From NCBI GenBank assembly GCA_949300385.1, contig CASGDZ010000003.1:17316-81315 (forward strand): a DNA stretch of 64,000 bases. Reading direction: 5' to 3'. Under the pieces are notes generated by a model. The model was not told the origin of the DNA, searched no databases, and saw only the letters and a program-made list of their open reading frames with translations. Below are positions 28,153 through 35,875 of this stretch, in pieces. Position 1 is the first letter of the stretch. Each line of letters begins with the position of its first letter. The translations under genes and the position numbers were made by a program. Source of the stretch: an uncultured Christensenella sp. GTDB taxonomy: Bacteria > Bacillota > Clostridia > Christensenellales > UBA1242.

Positions 28153-30903
28153 CTATCTTTTTGGACCTTCACCCATGATATATTGTACAGCAGGGAATGC
28201 AATAATATCAACAAACGATCTATCCATAGGCCCTGTTATAAAGAATGCTCTACCGCGCGGTGCAGTTACAATACCTTCTTGTTCCTGCGCGTTTATTCCG
28301 CCTGCTGACTTGTAAAGTTCTAGCAAATCAGCCATATCGTTAGGCGCTAATTGTAAAATCATACTATATTGACATGCGTTAATGATCGCTGCTGACCTTC
28401 TTTGAATTTCTGGCGTTCCTAAGAAGTCTTTAATATTTTGTGTAATTACAATCTGCATACCTTGATATTTACGAATACGCTTAGCCATCTCTGCCATGAA
28501 GTTCAATGCAACTGGACTATCTGGATCGATAAACATATGCGCTTCATCTACCGCAATGACGACTTGTCGCTTAATATCTTTACCTGTCCTTTGATAATAT
28601 TGTTCATTAAAACGCTTATTATTGATAATTTCATTATTAAGGTATTTAAATACTAGCAACATTTGAGCATTCGCAAGTTTATTATTTTTACTTGCAAATA
28701 GCGTTTGGAAGTTAAATGTAATTAAGTTTTCATCTGTCAAAATAGAAGTTGGTCCGTTCCACAAATCTGAGTTACGACCGCCAGTCGCAAATTTTTGAAT
28801 ATATGTCTCAAGAATTAAAAGGTTGTTTCTGTAGAAAGGATCTTTCACCGTTTTAAGTTTAGACTTAATAAGCGCAAACAAATCGTCAAATATAGGATAA
28901 TCTTCCGCCTTTAACTTACCGATATTTGTCTTTTCATTAATACCCTTTTTATTATACAATTCAACGACTAATGTATTAAGCGTTTCAAATGCGTCCGAAC
29001 TAATACCTTCCAAAATTGCACGGAAGAACTGCTCTAAGAACTGCAAGTGAGTAAAGAATGTTTTATTACTACCTTTTTGAACGATATCATCTATCGCCAC
29101 ATCGTCAATGTTATCTGAACTATTCGCCGCGTCTAAGTCCTCAAGCGAAGCCATTATATGGAACGGGTTAAGAATACCGGATGAATTTGTACCCACATCG
29201 ATAACTTTACCACCCAAATTTCTTGTCATTACATCATATTCTTGCTCAGGGTCTAAAATAAACATTTTTGTTCTATCTGCCGCCAGATTCGTTAAAATCA
29301 TTTTTGTTGCATAAGATTTACCTGAACCCGACTTACCGATAACCATCATATTTGAGTTAATACGACCTTTTCTTGCGTCACGAGTGAAGAAATCAATAAA
29401 TACAGGATATCCGCTCGAACTTGATTGTCCAAGTGCAAAACCTGCAGGATCTTGCATAATAGAGTCTACCATAGGGAAAGACGCTGCAATAGTTGTTGAC
29501 GGCATGCTACGATAGAATGGTTTTAGTGTGTCTAACCTATTCACACTCGAAGATATGAAGGCGTCAACTTGCCTACCAAACAAATCAGAGTATTTAAATC
29601 CATATTGTTTTAAGACATTTCGAACTTCTTTTCGCTTATCTTCTTCAACTCGCAGATGGATTGAAATATCATACAATTGCTCATTATTTGTTTTCAAATC
29701 TTTTAAAAGTGTTTGTAATGATTCAATATCCGCTTCACGCTCGATAATTTCGCTCGATCTAAAAGTCCTATCCAACTTTGACTCTTTTTCCATAACCGCG
29801 CGATCGATAGTTTTTTCGCCCTTTTCCTTGTCAACTGGCATAATGTTCATAATAACACGAGTGCCGAGTTGACTAAATATAGGATAAGCCCAACCATTGC
29901 CTACTTCAAGTGGATAATTTGAAATTACCATTTGCTTATAATTCTTTTTATCCATTTCGACGCGCGCCACTTTGAAATTGATTCTATTTGGCATAACCCA
30001 ATTATTGATTTGACTTGGTGCCAATCCATCGATTTCTTTTTCGCTATAAACCGATTGATAGTTCGATTTTAAGAAACTAATTAAATCATCTTCCGTCAAA
30101 ATATCCGCCGATATCGTATATTGTCCAGTACTCAAATCGTTACAAATTCCAATACAAGTTTCTTCCAAATTTGTTCTATCATTTCCATATAACACCAAAT
30201 AGAAGTGATCTTGTAATACAGGTTCCGCACGAATTGCATTGTTTAATCGCTCAACACGCTCTCTAAATATAATCGAACGCGCCTCCATTTCGGCTTCAGT
30301 GTACTGACCCGCCTCATATAACTCGTTAAGTAATTCAAATTTTTTATCGTCATTTTTTAAGAAAATATCAAATCTCATCGGCTTAACATTTTTAATTAAA
30401 CTCGCCCGCTGATATTGAGAAATTCTCTTAAGCGCTTTACTAAATGTCATAATAAGTGAATCTTGAGCGGATTCTTGCATAAGGTCAAGTGCAACAGGGT
30501 GTATTTCAATAACCATTCCCGAATAATCACCGAAATCAATAAATTTACCCACATCAATATTTAAGAAAGGTGTAAGTTTTTCTATTGATTTTGACCTTGA
30601 TTTTTTTGAATTAGGTTGCATTTTTATATATTTCTTAGGAAAGGCAGCAAATCTAATAATAAGTCCAATTGAACTATAAAGCCTTAGCCCATCGTCAATA
30701 GGAATATACATACCGATAACGATCGCGATCCAACCCAATAGTGCGTACCAGCGGTAATCTACGCCATCGATTTTAAACAAATTGCTCGCAATAATAACTA
30801 CAGCAAAGATAAGGCAGATAACCGCAAGTATGATATCTCCAAACGAAATATTTTTAAAAAATTCAGTTTTAACCCGAGTTTTCCCCGGAATATATCTAAT
30901 CAT
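28153..30903 (-). CDS. virB4: VirB4/TraE/TcpF-family T4SS ATPase with an N-terminal two-TM VirB3-like segment
   Basis: Walker A VIGKSGSGKSYATK, Walker B QVVIAVDEAHMF, and IVITQN downstream. The 916-aa size fits. Two N-terminal hydrophobic helices are present. Shine-Dalgarno is GAAGGGG. Confidence 0.85.
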   Translation of the reverse strand: MIRYIPGKTRVKTEFFKNISFGDIILAVICLIFAVVIIASNLFKIDGVDYRWYALLGWIAIVIGMYIPIDDGLRLYSSIGLIIRFAAFPKKYIKMQPNSKKSRSKSIEKLTPFLNIDVGKFIDFGDYSGMVIEIHPVALDLMQESAQDSLIMTFSKALKRISQYQRASLIKNVKPMRFDIFLKNDDKKFELLNELYEAGQYTEAEMEARSIIFRERVERLNNAIRAEPVLQDHFYLVLYGNDRTNLEETCIGICNDLSTGQYTISADILTEDDLISFLKSNYQSVYSEKEIDGLAPSQINNWVMPNRINFKVARVEMDKKNYKQMVISNYPLEVGNGWAYPIFSQLGTRVIMNIMPVDKEKGEKTIDRAVMEKESKLDRTFRSSEIIEREADIESLQTLLKDLKTNNEQLYDISIHLRVEEDKRKEVRNVLKQYGFKYSDLFGRQVDAFISSSVNRLDTLKPFYRSMPSTTIAASFPMVDSIMQDPAGFALGQSSSSGYPVFIDFFTRDARKGRINSNMMVIGKSGSGKSYATKMILTNLAADRTKMFILDPEQEYDVMTRNLGGKVIDVGTNSSGILNPFHIMASLEDLDAANSSDNIDDVAIDDIVQKGSNKTFFTHLQFLEQFFRAILEGISSDAFETLNTLVVELYNKKGINEKTNIGKLKAEDYPIFDDLFALIKSKLKTVKDPFYRNNLLILETYIQKFATGGRNSDLWNGPTSILTDENLITFNFQTLFASKNNKLANAQMLLVFKYLNNEIINNKRFNEQYYQRTGKDIKRQVVIAVDEAHMFIDPDSPVALNFMAEMAKRIRKYQGMQIVITQNIKDFLGTPEIQRRSAAIINACQYSMILQLAPNDMADLLELYKSAGGINAQEQEGIVTAPRGRAFFITGPMDRSFVDIIAFPAVQYIMGEGPKR

Positions 30904-30961
30904 TTTACCCCTTCTAATCTATTACTTTTTTTCATTCTTTTTATTTTGGCGCTTTACAAGT

Positions 30962-33181
30962 TTATTTTTTGTCACCCTTGTTTGAGTCTTTGTTTTCTTT
31001 TATAGCTCTTCCAAAATCTTTACCATTTTCTATAATTGCAGATACAATACTCTTGTTCATATCCTTAGTATAATTGGTCATTCTATTTACTGAAGCATCT
31101 ACTTGTTTTACGACATCGAATAATTTTTCATTTTGAGCTTTTTTCAAGTCTTCTAATGTCGCGAAAATGTCTTCTGACAATTCTTGATTTACCGATGTAT
31201 CATTAGTATCAAGTTTTATACCATTTTTTAAACTCTTTAATTCTTCTGTTAATTTTTTTATTGGATCTACGAATTCTTTAATTGAATCTTGCATAGCCAT
31301 ATACTCACGAACAGCCTCGTTACTATCCCTTCTAAATTGTTTTTCATCATTACTAATTGATTTATCTTCCAGCTCTTCTTTAGTGTATAACTTACCAACA
31401 TTCATATTCTCTTGAGTAACGCTATCAAATCTTTGTTTATACCTTTCAGCTTTTTGAGTTGCTTTATCCATGTTTTTCAATTCGTCTGTTAGCTCTTTAT
31501 TTTTTGACTCTACTTGCTCATATTTTGCCTTATCAACTTTTAAAGATTTTAATGCTTCTGCAACATATCCTAAATCTTTAAGTTTAGACAAAGCTTTAAT
31601 AGCATCTTTAGGGAGTTCTGAGGTTGGAGAATAATTATCCTTTAAAGATTTAATTAACTCTCTTTCCTCATGGTTTTGTTTAGCCTCTTGCTTTCCTTCT
31701 TTCTGAGAGCTTTTCACTTTATCGGTATCAACTCCTGCATCTTTAGCTACTTTCTTTAAATTATCTTTAATTTGCTTTTTTATAGGATATCCAATTCCTG
31801 ATCTAATGTCACTTCTTTGTTCTTCTTTAAGCTGTTTTTCAATAGCACTTTTCTGTTTTTCTTTTTCTTGTGCGGTCAAATCAGCATTATTGTCAATTTC
31901 TTTGAACATATTATTTTTTAATTCTTTATAATAACTATGTGTTCCAATTCTTCTAGCTCCAGCAGCAAACGCTCCAGTAACTTTTTGCCCCGCTTTTTGT
32001 GTGGTTTTTTTAAGTCTGTCTTTTGTGCTAGACCATAAACCTTTACCATCATTTAGAGCATCTCCGCCACCAATATAACCATTTATCAACGATATAAAAT
32101 CTTTGACAACATATAATCCCGCGACTGTTAGGAGTAAAGTAGTTAAATCAACTATATTTAAGATTCCACCTGTTATATTCCAATCGAAACTGATGGTTTG
32201 AATTAGTGGAGAAATACTAAAGAATAAATTCATGCCAGCGATTGCGCCATATGCACTAATAGTGTTACTTATAAAATTGCCCTTCCATTTACCTACTGCA
32301 CTTCCTCCGTCAAGCGGATATAAAGCGCATAATGCAGGACTAATAATAAATAAGAATATAAGCATAAACATGCGCTTTATCATACCAAAAGTTATATAGA
32401 ACATGGAATAAAGTACAAATATTCCACCGCCTGCCAAAATAATATAATTTATGTTTATTAAGTTGTACCATATGCCGACAGACACCCAATCACAATAATT
32501 CCACTGATTGCTAGCCATTGCTTGATCTACACAATCTGCATAATATTCAAGGTCAGAATCTCCATTAGGATCATTAGAAAATGCTCGAATAGTAATTCCA
32601 TTACTTTCACAAAATTCTTTAATTTCATTATATTCTGTTTCGTCTATTGTCGAACCATATTTTGTACCTGTACGAATGTTGTTTGCTGAATATGCCGAAA
32701 CTAAGAAAATTTGACCGCTTAAATTTGTATTAGATTCGCTTAATCTAGTTGCTCCATCAATGGCATTTAATAGGATATTGCCTAACCATACACCAAGCAG
32801 ACAGCAAACAGGTAAAAATATGAAATTAGCAAGACCTTTAAAGGCATTTCCCACGATCTCTTTCCAAGACTTAGGTTGCGCAGCATATACATTTTTAATA
32901 AATGCCATTGTGGTAAAAATTACAATTAAGAATAACGCTAAAAATGAAATAGATATTAACAAATTTTTAACCAATGTTGTATTCAACAAATAGAACACAA
33001 GTCCAGTATCATTTACTTCGCCTGTATTATTTGAACCAATATTGCCGATAGAATCAATCCTTGCAACCCCTGTGCCTGCAAAAGTCGCAAATAATTCTTG
33101 CATCATATTAATAAGCACAAATATTATAGTGAATAAAGGATAAATAATCGTACCTAATGTTTCTAGTATTCCATCTACCAT
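30962..33181 (-). CDS. polytopic membrane protein with a long cytoplasmic K/E-rich coiled-coil tail; VirB6/TrbL/TcpH-like candidate
   Basis: About 6-7 TM helices fill the first 400 aa or so, followed by roughly 340 aa of charged helical sequence. It lies immediately upstream of virB4 and is likely co-transcribed with it. Shine-Dalgarno is AAGGAGA. The call rests on architecture and position only. Confidence 0.55.
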   Translation of the reverse strand: MVDGILETLGTIIYPLFTIIFVLINMMQELFATFAGTGVARIDSIGNIGSNNTGEVNDTGLVFYLLNTTLVKNLLISISFLALFLIVIFTTMAFIKNVYAAQPKSWKEIVGNAFKGLANFIFLPVCCLLGVWLGNILLNAIDGATRLSESNTNLSGQIFLVSAYSANNIRTGTKYGSTIDETEYNEIKEFCESNGITIRAFSNDPNGDSDLEYYADCVDQAMASNQWNYCDWVSVGIWYNLININYIILAGGGIFVLYSMFYITFGMIKRMFMLIFLFIISPALCALYPLDGGSAVGKWKGNFISNTISAYGAIAGMNLFFSISPLIQTISFDWNITGGILNIVDLTTLLLTVAGLYVVKDFISLINGYIGGGDALNDGKGLWSSTKDRLKKTTQKAGQKVTGAFAAGARRIGTHSYYKELKNNMFKEIDNNADLTAQEKEKQKSAIEKQLKEEQRSDIRSGIGYPIKKQIKDNLKKVAKDAGVDTDKVKSSQKEGKQEAKQNHEERELIKSLKDNYSPTSELPKDAIKALSKLKDLGYVAEALKSLKVDKAKYEQVESKNKELTDELKNMDKATQKAERYKQRFDSVTQENMNVGKLYTKEELEDKSISNDEKQFRRDSNEAVREYMAMQDSIKEFVDPIKKLTEELKSLKNGIKLDTNDTSVNQELSEDIFATLEDLKKAQNEKLFDVVKQVDASVNRMTNYTKDMNKSIVSAIIENGKDFGRAIKENKDSNKGDKK

Positions 33182-33233
33182 TTTGTCTCCTTCTTATGCG
33201 TAAGTGCACCCATAAACTTTTTATCTAGTATAT

Positions 33234-33262
33234 ATTATATACTATTGCGACAAATTAATCAA
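33234..33262 (-). promoter_or_regulatory. candidate promoter of the virB6-like/virB4 operon
   Basis: On the minus strand: TTGATT (33262-33257), 17 nt, TATAAT (33239-33234). Confidence 0.35.
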
Positions 33263-33448
33263 TAAAAAGACATTAAAAATTTTTAATATAGGTAAATTAA
33301 TATTAATTTAACTAACTAATCGACATAATAAAAAATCTCAGTTTACTATTTTTAATCCGTATTAAATTTTAGGTAATATTGTTTAAATATTTTTAATTAT
33401 CAAATTTATTTATTCTTTTAAAATAATTTTTAAATTATAAAAAATCAA

Positions 33449-33475
33449 CATAAAAAATGCGGTAAATCCGCATTT
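33449..33475 (-). terminator. terminator of the 493-aa gene
   Basis: AAATGCGG-TAAA-(T)CCGCATTT hairpin overlaps the stop and is followed on the minus strand by a T-run. Confidence 0.6.
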
Positions 33476-34955
33476 AATTTGTTACCTTATTATCAGCAAA
33501 AGCAAATTTACAATTGCTAGTAAAATCTAATTGTATTCCGCCATTTTTTTTAATCGAATAAACACTATCTTCTGTCGTTCCTGTATTAATTTCTAAATAT
33601 ATATTAAAATCACTTTCACCTTTTTGTGAAGCGTATATTATATCCCAAGTGGACACACCCGCGGATAAATGACCTAAATTGTTCACATCAATATTTGTAA
33701 ATGTTGTTGCTGAAAGATTAAACCCTTCCGCACTAAAATAATACGCACCCAACTCTTCATCTAAAATTTCCGATTCCATAACTACATTAGTTGTTCCGTC
33801 GGTTATTGTGATAGAAAACTCGTTTAAATCAATATCCTTTCCGCCAACATTCATTTCTAAATCGGTCAATGTTACATTCATTTTTGGCATATAAATAGCC
33901 ATAATATAATCTTCTTGTAACAAGTTATTTATACCGCCATCTTCTGCGAAAATATAATCTTTAACATATAATTTTTCAGCACGAATAGTAGTCGCATTAT
34001 TGAAATACTCATCAATAGTCGTAGAAATCATACTCTCAATTGAAGAATCATCTACGCTACTCTCGTCTTCAGTATTTGTTGTATATAAATCGTTTGAATT
34101 AATATAATCTTTAATCAAAATAGCAATTTCGCTATTCATATCACTAGATAATCCAAAATATTTGATATTATCAAGTTGCGACATTGTATCACTAATTGTC
34201 CCATCTGGATTGTCAAGCGCATATACTATATCTATAATTCCATTATTTGCACCATTTCCAGCCAATAACTGATAGAGTTCGGGGTATTCATTTGCAAATG
34301 TAGACTCATTAAATTTTAAATAATCATAATTAGTTGGGATATTAATGTTAATTGTTAAAGAGTAATCATTTTCTTTGCTCTCAATACTATCTACAACATT
34401 TTCAACAATGACTACATATTCATTTAACAAATCTGCACGCGCTTGTTCGTCGTCAATATATATCGTTCGTATCCCATAATAATTTGAACCAGTCATAATT
34501 GGGCTATCAGGTGTGATTCCTTCCGAATCCGAATTCCCAGTTAACCAACCAAACATACTATCAAACCAAGCCGCTATTGCCGAGCCAATAACTAGTATAA
34601 TAAAAAACCCCAAGAAGATTAATGCCAATATACCAATAGCGCTAGCTATATATCTCAATATTTGTTTTTTTCTATCAAGTGATCGATTTATTCCCCTAAC
34701 AATATTGGGATAATTTTTTCTTCCTTTTTTCATTAAGGTTTTTTCTTTATATGATAAAATCGGAAATACTCTTCCTTTGACACTTTTTCTAAGTTGAATT
34801 AATTGATTTCGAAATGATCTGTCTTCTGCTTTTTGTTTTTGAGATAATTCAGCATCTCGAGTTTCAAGATCTTCTTCGTCTTCGGTTTCTACATCAACTC
34901 CATATTGTTTGTCATCATCTTCAAATTCTTCCTCATTGATATTATTCTCTGCCAT
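33474..34955 (-). CDS. bitopic T4SS-associated protein of unknown family: acidic cytoplasmic N-terminus, one TM, about 360-aa extracytoplasmic domain
   Basis: The N-terminus is E/D-rich. The TM helix is ILRYIASAIGILALIFLGFFIILVIGSAIAAWF. The outer domain is N/D/T/Y-rich. Shine-Dalgarno is AAGGAGAT. It has its own terminator. Confidence 0.6.
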   Translation of the reverse strand: MAENNINEEEFEDDDKQYGVDVETEDEEDLETRDAELSQKQKAEDRSFRNQLIQLRKSVKGRVFPILSYKEKTLMKKGRKNYPNIVRGINRSLDRKKQILRYIASAIGILALIFLGFFIILVIGSAIAAWFDSMFGWLTGNSDSEGITPDSPIMTGSNYYGIRTIYIDDEQARADLLNEYVVIVENVVDSIESKENDYSLTININIPTNYDYLKFNESTFANEYPELYQLLAGNGANNGIIDIVYALDNPDGTISDTMSQLDNIKYFGLSSDMNSEIAILIKDYINSNDLYTTNTEDESSVDDSSIESMISTTIDEYFNNATTIRAEKLYVKDYIFAEDGGINNLLQEDYIMAIYMPKMNVTLTDLEMNVGGKDIDLNEFSITITDGTTNVVMESEILDEELGAYYFSAEGFNLSATTFTNIDVNNLGHLSAGVSTWDIIYASQKGESDFNIYLEINTGTTEDSVYSIKKNGGIQLDFTSNCKFAFADNKVTN

Positions 34956-35131
34956 AATATCTCCTTAGGTTTATTATATCAAATTAGCAATAAAATTACA
35001 AATATTATTGAAACATATTTGTATTTTAAATCTCAAAATAAATTCTATATCACATTGACTAAAATATATATTCAGTTAAATTTAACTTACAATTTTTATA
35101 ATGATGTGAATTTAATGTTATATTATATAAA

Positions 35132-35154
35132 ATAAAAAAGACGGATACCGTCTT
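35132..35154 (-). terminator. terminator of the pilin-like gene
   Basis: AAGACGG-ATA-CCGTCTT hairpin with a T-run on the minus strand. Confidence 0.65.
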
Positions 35155-35179
35155 TCTCTTACTAATCAAACTTACAGTT

Positions 35180-35518
35180 CTAAGCAACAAGCACTTTAAG
35201 AGCTGTACCTATGGAACCTGTTTCATTCCACCAATTATTGAATGTAATTTGTCCTTCTTTTATAGCATATGCTAACCAGTAGAACAATGCTATCAACAAT
35301 CCTGTAACAACAATTCCGACAATTACTGAAATAAGTTTTGCTTTTGCCTCATCACGCTCACCTTTTTCATCCGCCTTGACAAATTTTACGCCAACAACTA
35401 TAGCATATATAACACCAGCGGTTGCAGCTAATATCAAAATAGGATTAATGACATTTGTCATAGCGTTTACCAAAGTGTTCATCCAATCTGGTAATGTAGT
35501 TTCCATTAAAGTGCTCAT
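35180..35518 (-). CDS. VirB2/TrbC-like (pilin-like) two-helix membrane protein
   Basis: The 112-aa product has two hydrophobic helices separated by the charged loop KADEKGERDEAKAK. Shine-Dalgarno is very strong (AAGGGGGAT). The gene is monocistronic with its own terminator. The family call rests on topology and context. Confidence 0.5.
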   Translation of the reverse strand: MSTLMETTLPDWMNTLVNAMTNVINPILILAATAGVIYAIVVGVKFVKADEKGERDEAKAKLISVIVGIVVTGLLIALFYWLAYAIKEGQITFNNWWNETGSIGTALKVLVA

Positions 35519-35799
35519 AAAATATCCCCCTTACACAACACAACAAAAATATTTTGTGTCAATTTATGTCATAATATTAACAATTTAGAAATTTAAAATC
35601 AACTAATTTTAATATGTTTTTTAATTTTTTTGCATTTTTATTTAATTTTATTAAATTCATATTTAATAGTTTTACCCTATTTTTATATAATTAATCAGAT
35701 TTTTATTTAAAATTTATATTATTAATTTTATATTTTTAATTAATTTACAAATTAATTTCATTAAAGTAAAAATAATAAAATAAACATTTTAACTTTTAA

Positions 35800-35828
35800 T
35801 TGACAAAATACGCGACATTATATAATAT
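35800..35828 (+). promoter_or_regulatory. candidate virD4 promoter
   Basis: TTGACA (35800-35805) is followed either by TATAAT (35821-35826, 15-nt spacer) or by TAATAT (35823-35828, 17-nt spacer). Confidence 0.35.
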
Positions 35829-35875
35829 AAATATAGATTTATGTAAAAATAATTAAAAGCAATAAAAGGATAAAT

